From: an uncultured Acidobacteriota bacterium
Lineage (GTDB): Bacteria > Acidobacteriota > Thermoanaerobaculia > UBA5066 > Gp7-AA6
DNA length: 64,000 nt
Direction: 5' to 3'
Assembly: GCA_963764715.1 (NCBI GenBank)
Contig: CAVXTP010000021.1
Coordinates: 96,001-160,000, forward strand
A program made the position numbers and the translations under genes. This document shows positions 46,698 to 57,078 of this stretch, piece after piece (positions within the stretch are counted from its first letter, which is position 1; each line of letters begins with the position of its first letter). A model generated the notes under the pieces. It worked only from the letters and a program-made list of their open reading frames with translations, was not told where the DNA came from and did no database searches.

Positions 46698-48032
46698 ATG
46701 AAACCGCTGGCGGTTCTCCTGCTGTTCCTCCTGCTGCCGGCCGCGGCCGAAGCGCAGCGCCCCGTCCGGCCGACGCCGACACCCGTGGTTCCGGCCGGGC
46801 CGCTCAAGATCGTCTCCCGCAAGGAGCGGATGGACCGCTACCTCCTGGCGGCGATGCGCCGGTCGGGGGTCGACCTCTGGCTCGTGCTGACGCGCGAGAA
46901 CACGACCGACCCGGTGGCCTTCGACGTCGGCGCGGAGTATGCCGTCGGGCGCGCGGCCTGCATCTTCGTCGATCGCGGCGAGACGCTCGAGCGGGTGGCC
47001 GTCGTCGCGAGCTTCGACACCGACGCCTTCGAGAAGTCGGGCCTGTACACGCACGTCGTCCCTTACGGCAAGGATGGGGCGGGCCCGGCGCTGCGGGAAC
47101 AGATCGACCGGTATACCCCCAGAGTCATCGCCGTCGATCAATCCAAGGACTTCGCGCTGGCGGACGGCCTGACGGCCGGCAACCTGCAGTGGCTGCGGGA
47201 GACGCTCGGGCCGGACCTCTCGAAGCGCCTCGTCTCCGCCGAGGCCCTGCTCGTCTCGTTCCGCAGCCGCAAGACGCCGGCCGAGATCGCGAAGATGCGG
47301 GAAGCGGTCAAGCGGACCGAGGCGATTCTCGCCGAGGCGCTCTCGCCGGCGGTCGTCGTCCCGGGCAAGACGACCGAGCGGGACGTCGCCGACTTCATCC
47401 GCAAGCGCCGCCGCGAGATGGGCCTCGGTCCGTCCTGGAGCGAGGCGCACGACCCCAACGTCAACGCCGGCGTCGCCCGGGGTCACTCCGGCGCCACCGA
47501 CGCGCTGATCGTGCCGGGCGCCGTCATCCACATCGACGCCGGCGTCGACGACTCCGGTTACAAGACGGACGTCCAGCGGCTCGCCTACGTGCTCCGCCCC
47601 GACGAGACGAAGGCGCCCGAGGAGGTCCAGAAGGCCTTCGACACCGCGAAGGCCGCCAACCGGGCGGCCGCCGCCGCCCTGAAGCCGGGCGTCAAGGGGA
47701 CGGCGGTCGACGCCGCCGGCCGCAAGGTCGTGACCGACGCCGGGTATCCGGAGTTCGTGCATGCGACCGGGCATCCGATCGGCTTCTACACCCACGACCT
47801 CGGCCCGCAGCTCGCCCCCGACTGGCCCGACCGCTACGGCAAGCTCGGCGCCTACGTGATCGAGCGCGACCAGACGTTCGCCGTCGAGCCGAGCGTGCAG
47901 GTGGAGCTGCCCTGGATGATGGGCGGCGCGGTCGGCTTCGGGCTGGAGGAGGACTACGTCGTGACGGAGAAGGGAAGCGAGCCGCTCGGCACGCCGCAGG
48001 AGACGCTGATCCTGATCCCGAGCGCGCGGTGA
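46698..48032 (+). CDS. M24 family (Xaa-Pro) metallopeptidase, secreted
   Basis: Signal peptide; IDAG, TDVQR, HATGHPIG..HD, VEP, GLEED. Confidence 0.9.
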   Translation: MKPLAVLLLFLLLPAAAEAQRPVRPTPTPVVPAGPLKIVSRKERMDRYLLAAMRRSGVDLWLVLTRENTTDPVAFDVGAEYAVGRAACIFVDRGETLERVAVVASFDTDAFEKSGLYTHVVPYGKDGAGPALREQIDRYTPRVIAVDQSKDFALADGLTAGNLQWLRETLGPDLSKRLVSAEALLVSFRSRKTPAEIAKMREAVKRTEAILAEALSPAVVVPGKTTERDVADFIRKRRREMGLGPSWSEAHDPNVNAGVARGHSGATDALIVPGAVIHIDAGVDDSGYKTDVQRLAYVLRPDETKAPEEVQKAFDTAKAANRAAAAALKPGVKGTAVDAAGRKVVTDAGYPEFVHATGHPIGFYTHDLGPQLAPDWPDRYGKLGAYVIERDQTFAVEPSVQVELPWMMGGAVGFGLEEDYVVTEKGSEPLGTPQETLILIPSAR

Positions 48033-48649
48033 ACGGCCGCCGGGGGCTCGCGCTCCTCGCCCTGCTCCTCGCCGCCGGCTGCGGGGGCGGCCTGAAGACG
48101 ATCGCGAAGGACGGCTACACCGCGATCCTCGCCTACTCGTCGCAGGAGCGGTATTCGGTGGCGGTGCGGGGGGAGTGGCGGCGGATCGAGGGCGAGGCCG
48201 ACGGCGCCCCGCTCGTCAAGGTCGCGCGGCCGGAGCTCAAGACGGTCTGGCAGTACCGGCCGAAGACGAAGAAGCTCTTCGCGTCGGCCTGGGCGCCGAC
48301 CGACGAGATCGTGCCCGGCTACCCGCTCGACCCGCGCTTCGACGCGCGGGCGTACGCGGACCGCTTCGGCGCGCAGATCGAGCGGATCGGCGACGACACC
48401 CACGGCCTTCACCCCTGCAGCCGGTGGCGCATGACACTCCCCTCGGGCGACGTCGTGACCATCTGGGCCGCGCGGGACCTCGAGAACCTCGTCGTCAAGA
48501 TCGAGCACGCCAAGAAGGACGCCAACGACGAGTCCCAGCCCTTCACCACGACCGAGCTCCTCGACGTCCGCGTCGGCGCCGACCCCGACCTCTTCGAGAA
48601 GCCGAAGGGGTACACCGAGGTCAAGTCCTACCAGGAACTTGCGAGGTAA
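48029..48649 (+). CDS. Putative lipoprotein (DUF4412/LolA-like fold)
   Basis: C-terminal part of ORF 46649..48649; lipobox LAAGC; DLFEKPKGYTEV tail; GTGA overlap. Confidence 0.78.
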   Translation: MNGRRGLALLALLLAAGCGGGLKTIAKDGYTAILAYSSQERYSVAVRGEWRRIEGEADGAPLVKVARPELKTVWQYRPKTKKLFASAWAPTDEIVPGYPLDPRFDARAYADRFGAQIERIGDDTHGLHPCSRWRMTLPSGDVVTIWAARDLENLVVKIEHAKKDANDESQPFTTTELLDVRVGADPDLFEKPKGYTEVKSYQELAR

Positions 48650-48650
48650 T

Positions 48651-48814
48651 CGCGAACGCTCCGCTCGGGATCTGCGACCTTCGGCCGCACCGGCGAGCGG
48701 CTCGCCGGGATGCCGGCTCGACCGCTCGCCTGATCCCTCCGCTCCGCGTTCGCTCACGCGGCGCGCGCCTCCTCCCTCGGTTACTTCGGGAGACTTCGCG
48801 CGCCGCGAACTTGA
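48651..48814. repeat. Structured dispersed repeat, copy 2 of 3
   Basis: Same architecture as 5992-6146, with compensatory changes. Confidence 0.85.
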
Positions 48815-48856
48815 GCGCCATCCGGGAGTTGATTCCTTGGCGCGAGCTCGCGGCAG

Positions 48857-49936
48857 CTAAGCGGCGATGCTCTCGCGGCCCCGAATCGGCTGTAACGGCT
48901 CGAAGTCGCGGAAGAGGATGTGGTCGTAGAAGTAGTGCACCAGGAGGAACGACAGCACGACCACGTAGTAGCTCTTGTCCTGCGGGAAATTGAGGCCCTT
49001 CCAGAGGATCAGGTAGATCACGCCGGCCGAGAACGTCGCGCCGATCATCGAGAAGTAGAACTTCCTGGTGTTCTCTTTCCCGGCGAGCGCGCGGGTGAGG
49101 TTGCTGCCGATCCGGCCGGTCTCCGCCTCCCGGCCGAGCATGAACCACGTCAGGGCCAGGTACTGGAGCGAGTGCCAGGTGTTGAAGCCCTGGAACGAGA
49201 TGTCCAGGTTGTCGAAGATCGGAACCACGAAGGCCATCGCCACCGTCGTGGTCATGAAGAGGAGCCGCGGCCAGGACGTCTCGCCCCGCCGGATCTCGCG
49301 GAGCGTCCGGGCCACGTAGAAGAGAAAGAACGCCGCGTAGCCCGCGGTGAAGGCCACGGCGACGACGCGGTGCTTGAGGAAATTCGGAAAGAGGAGCACG
49401 GCGTCACCGAGGGCGAATCGGTCCTCGACGAACTTGTACATCGCCATGAGGTAGAGGGCGCCGAGGATGACGGCTCCGTCCAGCCAGCGGTCGATCGCGC
49501 GGACGGGCCCGCCGGCGCGCATCCGGTAGGTTTCCGAGATGTACTGCGCCTGGTGCGTGACGTGGAGCGACGCCCACAGGAAGAACCCGGTCAGCAGCAG
49601 GATGAAGGCGTAGACGGACCCGAGAATGACCAGGGTCGGGATGAGGACGAGCGGCAGGTAGGCGAGCAGGCCCCAGCGCTTGCGGAACCGGGGCTCGAAG
49701 GCCGTCCGCAGGTAGGTGGAGTACATGTGGGGGCCGCCCACGAGAACGGTCACCGACAGGCCGACGATCAGGCTGGACGTCCCTTCCGAGACCCCCATTT
49801 TCTTGAGGAATCCGTACGAGACGTACGGCAGGAACACCAGGACGCCCGACAGCGTCAGGAACAGCAGATCGAAGCGCTTGTCGCGGATCCAGAGGGCGGA
49901 GTCTTCTCGCGGGCCCGCCGTGGCCGTGGACGACAT
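48857..49936 (-). CDS. Polytopic membrane protein with spaced His motifs, function unknown
   Basis: Many TMs; GPHMYSTY, LHVTHQ, WHSLQY, VHYFYD; GGGAGG RBS before ATG 49936. Confidence 0.8.
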   Translation of the reverse strand: MSSTATAGPREDSALWIRDKRFDLLFLTLSGVLVFLPYVSYGFLKKMGVSEGTSSLIVGLSVTVLVGGPHMYSTYLRTAFEPRFRKRWGLLAYLPLVLIPTLVILGSVYAFILLLTGFFLWASLHVTHQAQYISETYRMRAGGPVRAIDRWLDGAVILGALYLMAMYKFVEDRFALGDAVLLFPNFLKHRVVAVAFTAGYAAFFLFYVARTLREIRRGETSWPRLLFMTTTVAMAFVVPIFDNLDISFQGFNTWHSLQYLALTWFMLGREAETGRIGSNLTRALAGKENTRKFYFSMIGATFSAGVIYLILWKGLNFPQDKSYYVVVLSFLLVHYFYDHILFRDFEPLQPIRGRESIAA

Positions 49937-49983
49937 CCCAACCTCCCTGAGTGAAACGCCCGTCAATCCTACCAACCGCGGGA

Positions 49984-50057
49984 GGGTCAGGTCTTACCTC
50001 TTGCCCGAGGGGCGCAAAAAAACCGACCTCGGGCCCCTCGGCCGGGGCAAGTAAGAT
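49984..50057. repeat. Degenerate GGGTCAGGTCT-family element
   Basis: GGGTCAGGTCTTACCTCTTGCCC ... GGGCAAGTAAGA inverted arms; right end eroded. Confidence 0.5.
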
Positions 50058-50069
50058 TATCAGCCTCCG

Positions 50070-51056
50070 ATGCTCAAGCTGGGCCCCCTCCCGATCGATC
50101 CGCCGCTGGTGCTCGCCCCGATGGCGGGCATCACGGACCACGTGTACCGGCTGATGCTGCGCCGGATCGGGGGGGTGGGGCTGGTGACGATGGAGTTCAT
50201 ATCGTCCGAAGCGATTACACGGGGCAACGCCCGCCAGCTGCGCAAGCTGGTCTTCTCGGACGAGGAGCGTCCCCTTTCGATCCAGATCTACGGCTCGGAC
50301 CCCGACCGCATGGCGGCGGCGGCCGACATCGTCCAGGAGCTCTCGCCCGACGTCTGCGACATCAACATGGGCTGCCCGGCCAACAAGGTCCTCAAGGGCT
50401 GCGCCGGTGCCGCTCTGATGGGCGACGTGCCCCTGGCGCGCCGCATCGTGCGGGCCGTCAAGGCCCGGCTCTCGATGCCGCTGACCGTGAAGTTCCGGCT
50501 GGGCCTCGACGAGCGCCGGGTCAACTTCCTCGACCTCGGCGCCATGTGCGAGGACGAGGGGGTCGCAGCCGTCGCGATGCACGCGCGTACCGCGCGGCAG
50601 ATGTACACCGGCCGAGCCGACTACTTCCGCATCGCCGAGCTCAAGCGGAGGGTTTCGATCCCCGTCATCGGCAACGGCGACGTGGCCGCTCCGGAGGACG
50701 CGCTGACGCTGCTCGAGGAGACCGGCTGCGACGGCGTCATGATCGGCCGCGCCACGATGAAGAACCCGTGGATCTTCCGGCAGATCGCGGACCGGATGGG
50801 GGGCCGGCCCGACCGCGAGGCGACGCTCGCCGAGCGGCGGGACCTGATGCTCGCGCACTTTGCGGCGATCGAGGAGACGGCCCACGACCCGAAGGAGGCC
50901 CTCCACAAGCTGCGCACGATGACCGGCTGGTACACGAGCGGGCTGCCCCACGGCCGGGCCCTGCGGATCCGCATCTCGGAGCTCGCGACGCCCGCGGATT
51001 TCCGGGCCGCCGTCCACGATTTCTTCCAGGGTGCCGAGCTCGCCATCGCCTCCTAG
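50070..51056 (+). CDS. dusB: tRNA-dihydrouridine synthase B
   Basis: LAPMAGITD, DINMGCPA, TVKFRLG, HART, GNGDV, GVMIGR. Confidence 0.93.
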   Translation: MLKLGPLPIDPPLVLAPMAGITDHVYRLMLRRIGGVGLVTMEFISSEAITRGNARQLRKLVFSDEERPLSIQIYGSDPDRMAAAADIVQELSPDVCDINMGCPANKVLKGCAGAALMGDVPLARRIVRAVKARLSMPLTVKFRLGLDERRVNFLDLGAMCEDEGVAAVAMHARTARQMYTGRADYFRIAELKRRVSIPVIGNGDVAAPEDALTLLEETGCDGVMIGRATMKNPWIFRQIADRMGGRPDREATLAERRDLMLAHFAAIEETAHDPKEALHKLRTMTGWYTSGLPHGRALRIRISELATPADFRAAVHDFFQGAELAIAS

Positions 51057-51107
51057 GGGGGCGCTTTCGGGAATTCCAGCCCCACGTCCGGCGGTTCGAA
51101 GGTTCCG

Positions 51108-52985
51108 ATGAAGTCTCGATCCCTGCTCGCCCTGTTTCTGGCCCTCTTCGCGGCCGGTGCGGCCCCGGCGCAGACCCGGCAGGCGCAGATTTCGACGGAC
51201 GCCGGGCAGTTCCCCCTCTACGTCACGGTCGAGTACCTCGGCATGGCGGGCGTGAAGACGGTCGTCCGCGTCCGGCTGCGGGCGCCCGAGCTCTCGATGG
51301 CCGCCGCCCGGCGCGGTCTCCGGACCTTCTCGGGCGAGCTCCAGGGGACCTTCGCCCGGGGCGAGGAGATCGTCCAGTCCTTCAAGTACCCGGTCTCGGG
51401 CGACGTTTCCGAGCGCACGACCTTCCAGTACGCGTTCCTGCGCTCGATCGAGCCCGGGGCCTACAGGCTCAAGCTCGTCCTGGCCGCGCCGGGCGGCAAG
51501 CAGGTCGGGGAAGCTTCGACCGACGTGTCGGTGCCGGAGGTCGGCAACGTCTTTTCGCCCGACATGGCCCCGGGCGAGGCCTCCACCCTGCCGGCGGCGG
51601 AGGCGATCGTGATCGCGGACGAGGCCGACTCGACGACCGCGTCGACGGGCGCCTCGAAGCTGAAGATCATGCCCCCGGCCCGCGAGGCGCCGATCGGCCT
51701 GCTGCGGCTCGAAGCCGACGTCGAGCCGCCGATCACCAAGGTCGAGTTCTACCTCGAGGACAAGCTGATCCTCGCGCGCTCGCGTCCTCCGTACTCGGTC
51801 GAGATCGATCTCGGGGAGGTCCCCCGCAAGCAGACCGTGCGGGCCGTCGGGTACGACGCCTCGGGCCGCCTCATCGACGAGGACGCCTGGGCCATCAACC
51901 AGGGCAGCGCGCGCCTCGCAGTCAAGATCCTGCCGCAGCCGGACCCGGCGGCCGGCGTCGTGCGCGTCAAGGTCGTCGTCCAGTCGATCTCGGGCGGCAT
52001 CGCCAAGCAGGTCGAGCTCTTCTTGAACGACAAGAAGCTCAAGGCCTGGGCGACGTCCGGTCCCTACGAAGTCACGATCCCGATGACGGAGTACTCGCGG
52101 GGCGAGTTCCTGCGGGCCACGGCGATCGGCGAGGACGGCAAGGAGGCCAACGACCTGCGCTTCCTCAAGGGGCCGAACACGACGATCGAGAACGTGCGCG
52201 TCGACGTCGTCCAGCTCCACGTCTCGGCCATGGACAAGGACAAGCGCTTCGTCAAGGGACTGACGGAATCCGACTTTTCGGTGCAGGAGGACGGCCGCGC
52301 CCAGCACGTGACGGGCTTCGAGGTCGCCGAGAAGCTGCCGCTGACGATCGGCCTCGTCGTGGACGGCTCGGGCTCGATGGAGAAGGTCATGCCCTTCGTG
52401 CACGACGCCTCGACCGAGCTCTTCCGGGGTCTCATCCGCGACAAGGACCAGGGCTTCGTCATCGAGTTCCGCGAGCAGCCGCGCATGCTTCAGACGCTGA
52501 CCTCGAGCTCCGCGGACCTCCAGCGGGCGGCCGGCGAGACCTCGGCCCGGGGGGCGACGTCCCTCTTCGATTCGATCGTCCTCGGCCTGTACCAGTTCCG
52601 GGCGCTGCAGGGGCGGAAGGCGCTCGTCGTCGTGTCCGACGGCGCCGACAACCACTCCCACGTCGACTATCAGACGCTGCTGCGATACTGCCGGACGGCG
52701 GGATCGCCGATCTACATCATCGGGGTCAACCTGTCGGTCCTCGACTTCGGTATCCGCGGCCAGCTCGGCGAGATCGCGCGCGAGTCCGGCGGCGAGGTCT
52801 TCTACATTTCCAACGCCGAGAAGATCAAGGGCGTGACCGAGCGGATCGAGGAGGAGCTGCGGTCCCAGTACATCGTGGCGTTCCGCACCGACTCCCAGAA
52901 GCCCGACGGCGAGTACCGCACGATCGCCGTGGCGGTCGACAAGCCCGGCGTCACGGCCCGAACCATCAAGGGATATATCCCTTAA
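51108..52985 (+). CDS. Secreted Ig-like + VWA domain protein
   Basis: Signal peptide; VDVVQLHVSA, DGSGS MIDAS, TSLFDSI, SDGAD, ELRSQY. Confidence 0.88.
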   Translation: MKSRSLLALFLALFAAGAAPAQTRQAQISTDAGQFPLYVTVEYLGMAGVKTVVRVRLRAPELSMAAARRGLRTFSGELQGTFARGEEIVQSFKYPVSGDVSERTTFQYAFLRSIEPGAYRLKLVLAAPGGKQVGEASTDVSVPEVGNVFSPDMAPGEASTLPAAEAIVIADEADSTTASTGASKLKIMPPAREAPIGLLRLEADVEPPITKVEFYLEDKLILARSRPPYSVEIDLGEVPRKQTVRAVGYDASGRLIDEDAWAINQGSARLAVKILPQPDPAAGVVRVKVVVQSISGGIAKQVELFLNDKKLKAWATSGPYEVTIPMTEYSRGEFLRATAIGEDGKEANDLRFLKGPNTTIENVRVDVVQLHVSAMDKDKRFVKGLTESDFSVQEDGRAQHVTGFEVAEKLPLTIGLVVDGSGSMEKVMPFVHDASTELFRGLIRDKDQGFVIEFREQPRMLQTLTSSSADLQRAAGETSARGATSLFDSIVLGLYQFRALQGRKALVVVSDGADNHSHVDYQTLLRYCRTAGSPIYIIGVNLSVLDFGIRGQLGEIARESGGEVFYISNAEKIKGVTERIEEELRSQYIVAFRTDSQKPDGEYRTIAVAVDKPGVTARTIKGYIP

Positions 52986-53005
52986 ACGTCGCGAGCGCTT
53001 GCCGT

Positions 53006-53159
53006 CGCGAGCGCTGCGCTCCGGGTCTGCGCCTGACGGCGCACCGGCTCTCGGCTCGCCTGTGGGCTCGACCGCGAGCCTGACCCTGCGCTGCGCGCTC
53101 GCTCCCGCGGCGCAAACCTCCTCCCTCCCTTCGGTCGGGAGACTATTTGCGCCGCGAAC
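53006..53159. repeat. Structured dispersed repeat, copy 3 of 3
   Basis: Shares CCTCCTCCCTCCCTTCGGTCGGGAGACTAT with copy 1; compensatory stem changes. Confidence 0.85.
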
Positions 53160-53203
53160 GGATGAGACATTGCCGCGGAAACGGAACGGCGGTGGCCCCG
53201 GTC

Positions 53204-53228
53204 GTAGGGGCGGCCCTCGTGGCCGCCC
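53204..53228 (+). repeat. GTAG-type REP element
   Basis: GTAGGGGCGGCCCTCGTGGCCGCCC. Confidence 0.78.
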
Positions 53229-53267
53229 TCCTCGGAACCTCCCGCCGCTGGATTCGAACCTGAGCCC

Positions 53268-54896
53268 CTACTCGGGAAAATTCGCGACGATGGCGTGGCG
53301 TCCGGAGTAGCGGACGACGCGGGCGGGCGGGCTCGCCTTCATGAGCTCGACGAGATCGCCGAGGCGGACGAGGGCGACGACCGGCCGCCCTCCCTGCCAG
53401 GCGGCCCAGAAGCGCTCCCGGTCCCAGAAGAGGGCGGCGCGGACGGCGGGGTCGGTCTCGAACTCGGGCTCGAGCTCGCCCTTGTAGGCGGCCACGGGGA
53501 TCGGCGTCCGCAGCTCCCAGGAGAGCCCGTTCAGGTAATCGCGGTAGCCGACGATCGGCGCCTTCCAGGGAGCCGCCGCCTCCCGGGCCGCATCCGCGAG
53601 CTCGTGCGTCAGCCGGGCCTGCGGGGTCTTCGGCCAGCCCAGCGCGACGGCTCCGAAGAAGCAGAACCAGCCGGCGGCGACGGAGGCGAGCGCGAGCTCC
53701 CGGGAGCGGGCCGCGAGCAGCACGGCGAACCACGAGGCGAGGACGAGCAGGGCGAGGGCCGGCGCGACGAGCGCCTCGAGGTGCAGTTCCCTGGCGGCCG
53801 CGCGGAGCTCCGGGTGCGAGATCAGCGCGACGGCGAGAATCGTCGCGAGGGCCGCCTGGACGATCCAGGAAGCGCGCGCGCCGGTCCCGGGCATCCCGAG
53901 CGCCGCGAGGACGGCCGCCGCCGGGACGGCCGGAAAGAGGTACGGCGGCAGCTTGCTGCCCGAGATCGAGAAGAACACGAAGACGACGGTGAACCAGACG
54001 ACGAAGAAAAACCCTTCGTCGCTCGCGCGCAGCCCCCGCCGGAATCCGCGGAGGAAGAACGGAAGGCCCGGCAGGAATCCGAGGACGAAGACGGGGACGA
54101 AGTAGTAGACCGGGCCGGGACGTTTCGCGGCCCCGGTGGCGAATCGCCGGAAGTGCTCCCGCACGAAGAAGAAGTCGAGAAAGCCTGGGTGGCGCCGCTC
54201 GACGGCGAGAAGCCAGGGCAGCGCCAGGACGAGGAACACGAGCGGAGCGGGCGAGACGACGAGCGCGCGGAAGGTCGCCGCGAGCCGGCCCGTCGAGACC
54301 GCCCAGGCGAAGAAGATCGCGGCGGGCAGGACGATCGCGATCAGGCCCTTCGTCAGGAACGCGGCGGCCGCGCAGGCCCCGAAGAGGGAGGCCATCGCGC
54401 GCCATGGCCGCTGTGTCTCGCGCCGGAGGACGGCTGCGCGGCCGGCGAGGAGCGTCGCCGTCAGGAAGAACGTCAGGAGGCCGTCCGTCAGGTTCGTGCG
54501 CGAGAACAGGAACCCCATCGGCGCGGCGAGGAACAGGACGGCGGCGGCGCCGCCGAGCCCCGCCCCGCGCGCCGCGAGAAACACGAGGGCGAGGGTGCCG
54601 AGGCCCGCGAGTCGAGTCGGCAACCGCGCCGCCCAGGGCGTTTCGCCGAAGAGGCGCAGGGACGCGGCATTGGCCCAGTAGAGGAGGGGAGGCTTTTCGA
54701 AGTACGGGACGCCGTTCAGGCGGGGGACGACGAGGTCCCCGGCCGCGAGCATCTCCCGCGGGATCTCGGCGTAACGGGTTTCGTCCGGCTCGGCGAGGCG
54801 CGCGCCCGACGGCTCGAGCCAGGCCACCGCGATCAGGGCGAAGAGCGCCGCGAGGAGGGTCCGCCGACCCGGGGTCCTGGCCGTGAGCTCCTCCAT
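53268..54896 (-). CDS. ArnT-like GT-C glycosyltransferase (GT83/GT39 type)
   Basis: EPDETRYAEIPREM, YFEKPPLLYW, LTKG, SKLPPYLFP. Confidence 0.9.
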   Translation of the reverse strand: MEELTARTPGRRTLLAALFALIAVAWLEPSGARLAEPDETRYAEIPREMLAAGDLVVPRLNGVPYFEKPPLLYWANAASLRLFGETPWAARLPTRLAGLGTLALVFLAARGAGLGGAAAVLFLAAPMGFLFSRTNLTDGLLTFFLTATLLAGRAAVLRRETQRPWRAMASLFGACAAAAFLTKGLIAIVLPAAIFFAWAVSTGRLAATFRALVVSPAPLVFLVLALPWLLAVERRHPGFLDFFFVREHFRRFATGAAKRPGPVYYFVPVFVLGFLPGLPFFLRGFRRGLRASDEGFFFVVWFTVVFVFFSISGSKLPPYLFPAVPAAAVLAALGMPGTGARASWIVQAALATILAVALISHPELRAAARELHLEALVAPALALLVLASWFAVLLAARSRELALASVAAGWFCFFGAVALGWPKTPQARLTHELADAAREAAAPWKAPIVGYRDYLNGLSWELRTPIPVAAYKGELEPEFETDPAVRAALFWDRERFWAAWQGGRPVVALVRLGDLVELMKASPPARVVRYSGRHAIVANFPE

Positions 54897-54931
54897 CACC
54901 CGGAAACGGAGTGTACTAAGATTCCGGCCGC

Positions 54932-55744
54932 TTGATCGAAGAGCCGCGTCACCGCTGGGCCGTCGTCCTCGGCGCATCGTCCGGTTTCGGGGAGGCCTGC
55001 GCCCTCGCCCTGGGCCGCGCCGGCTGGAACATTTTCGGCGTCCACCTCGACCGGAAGGCGACGCAGGCCAACGCGGAGCGGATCGCCGGCGAGATCCGCG
55101 CGGCCGGGCGCCGGGCCGAGTTCTTCAACGTCAACGCCGCCGACGACGAGAAGCGGGCCGAGGTCGTCCAGGCGATCAAGAACACCTGCGGCAACGATCC
55201 TCCGTCCTCGCGCGTCTCCGTCCTCCTCCACTCGCTCGCGTTCGGCACGCTCAAGCCGTTCTTCGCCGAGCCGCGGGAGAACGCCATCTCGAAGGCCCAG
55301 CTCGAGATGACGCTCGACGTCATGGCGAACTCGCTCGTCTTCTGGGCGCAGGACCTCTACTTCGCGGACCTGCTTTCGCCGGGCGGCCGGATCTTCGCGA
55401 TGACCTCGGCGGGCGATCACATCGTGTGGCCCTCGTACGGCGCGGTCTCGGCCGCCAAGTGCGCCCTCGAGTCCTACGTGCGGCAGCTCGCCGTCGAGCT
55501 CGCGCCGAAGGGGATCGCCGTCAACTCGCTGCGGGCGGGCGTGACCGACACGCCGGCGCTCCGCAAGATCCCGGGCAACGCGGGAATGATCGAGCGCACG
55601 CTCTCGCTTCATCCGGCGAACCGACTCACGACGCCGGAGGACGTCGCCCGGGCGCTCGTGGCGCTCTGCGGTGAAGGCGGCGCCTGGATCTCGGGCAACG
55701 TGATCGGCGTCGACGGCGCCGAGGACATCGCGGGCGGAAGGTAG
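54932..55744 (+). CDS. SDR family oxidoreductase, enoyl-ACP reductase (FabL-like)
   Basis: GASSGFG, YGAVSAAK (Yx6K), GVTDTPAL, VDG. Confidence 0.85.
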   Translation: MIEEPRHRWAVVLGASSGFGEACALALGRAGWNIFGVHLDRKATQANAERIAGEIRAAGRRAEFFNVNAADDEKRAEVVQAIKNTCGNDPPSSRVSVLLHSLAFGTLKPFFAEPRENAISKAQLEMTLDVMANSLVFWAQDLYFADLLSPGGRIFAMTSAGDHIVWPSYGAVSAAKCALESYVRQLAVELAPKGIAVNSLRAGVTDTPALRKIPGNAGMIERTLSLHPANRLTTPEDVARALVALCGEGGAWISGNVIGVDGAEDIAGGR

Positions 55745-55752
55745 ACGCGGTT

Positions 55753-57078
55753 TTGTCCCCGGGCCCCTTCACGCTTGTCAAGGAAAAGGCCGGGTTCCGC
55801 GAGTTCCGGCTCGACTCGAACGGCCTTTCCGTTCTCCTGCTCCCGAACCGCGTGGCGCCGGTCGCGACGTTCGCGGTCGTCTACCACGTCGGAAGCCGCA
55901 ACGAGGCGGTCGGCCACACCGGCGCCACGCACCTGCTCGAGCACCTGATGTTCAAGGGCACCCCCGAGTTCGACCGGGCCCACGGCACCGCCGTCGCCGC
56001 CGTCCTCGAGGCTCTCGGGGCCCGGTTCAACGCGACCACGTGGTTCGACCGGACCAACTACTACGAGACGCTTCCCTCGGACCGCCTCGACGTGGCCGTC
56101 CGCATCGAGGCCTCCCGCATGCGGCGCGCGCTCCTGCGCAACGAGGACCGCGTGCCCGAGATGACGGTGGTCCGCAACGAGTTCGAGCGGGGGGAGAACT
56201 CGCCCTTCCAGGTGCTCTACAAGCTGACCTTCGCGACGGCCTTCCGCGAGCACCCCTACCACCACCCGACGATCGGCTGGCGCAGCGACATCGAGGAGGT
56301 CTCGACCGATCGCCTGCGCGAGTTCTACGACACGTTCTACCATCCGAACAACGCGACGGCGATGGTCATCGGCGACTTCGACGAGGCGGACGTCCTCGCG
56401 CTGCTCGCCCGCGAGCTCGGCGGAATTCCGCGGTCGGACCGTCCGATCCCGAAGGTCTACACGGTCGAGCCGCCGCAGGAGGGCGAGCGCCGCTTCGTCG
56501 TCCGGCGCGTCGGCCAGGTCGCGTGGGTCGGCCTCTCCTGGAGAACGGTCGAGGCCCGGCACGCCGACACGCCGGCCCTCGCCGTGCTCGGCAACATCAT
56601 CGGCGGAGGCATCACGTCCCGCCTCCACCAGGCGCTGGTCGAGAAGACGCTGGCCCTCTCGGTGACGGTCGTTCCGTGGCAGCTCCGGGACCCGGCGCTC
56701 TTTTCCGTGTTCGTTCCGGTCCGGCCGGGGATCGAGCCCGCCGAGGTCGAGTCGGTCGTCCGGCAGGAGCTCGCGAAGATCGCGGCCGACGGCGTGACGG
56801 AGGCCGAGTGCGCCAAGGCGCGCACGCAGATCGAGGCCGAGGTCATCTTCGACCGGGACTCGACCGACCAGATCGCCGCGTCGCTGTCGGAGGCGATCGC
56901 GGTGGCCGACTGGGAGTGGTACGCCGACTACCCGGAGAGGATCCGGGCCGTCACGCCCGAGGACGTGCGCCGCGTCGTCCTGACCTACCTCCACGACGAC
57001 GGCCTCACGGTCGGGCTCTACCTTCCGAAGACGGGGGAGCCGGCCGCGCCCCCGGCCGACGCGGGGGAGGCGGCTTGA
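55753..57078 (+). CDS. M16 zinc metallopeptidase, catalytic subunit
   Basis: HLLEHLMFKGT (HxxEH), NATTWFDRTNY, HPYHHPTIGW. Confidence 0.93.
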   Translation: MSPGPFTLVKEKAGFREFRLDSNGLSVLLLPNRVAPVATFAVVYHVGSRNEAVGHTGATHLLEHLMFKGTPEFDRAHGTAVAAVLEALGARFNATTWFDRTNYYETLPSDRLDVAVRIEASRMRRALLRNEDRVPEMTVVRNEFERGENSPFQVLYKLTFATAFREHPYHHPTIGWRSDIEEVSTDRLREFYDTFYHPNNATAMVIGDFDEADVLALLARELGGIPRSDRPIPKVYTVEPPQEGERRFVVRRVGQVAWVGLSWRTVEARHADTPALAVLGNIIGGGITSRLHQALVEKTLALSVTVVPWQLRDPALFSVFVPVRPGIEPAEVESVVRQELAKIAADGVTEAECAKARTQIEAEVIFDRDSTDQIAASLSEAIAVADWEWYADYPERIRAVTPEDVRRVVLTYLHDDGLTVGLYLPKTGEPAAPPADAGEAA

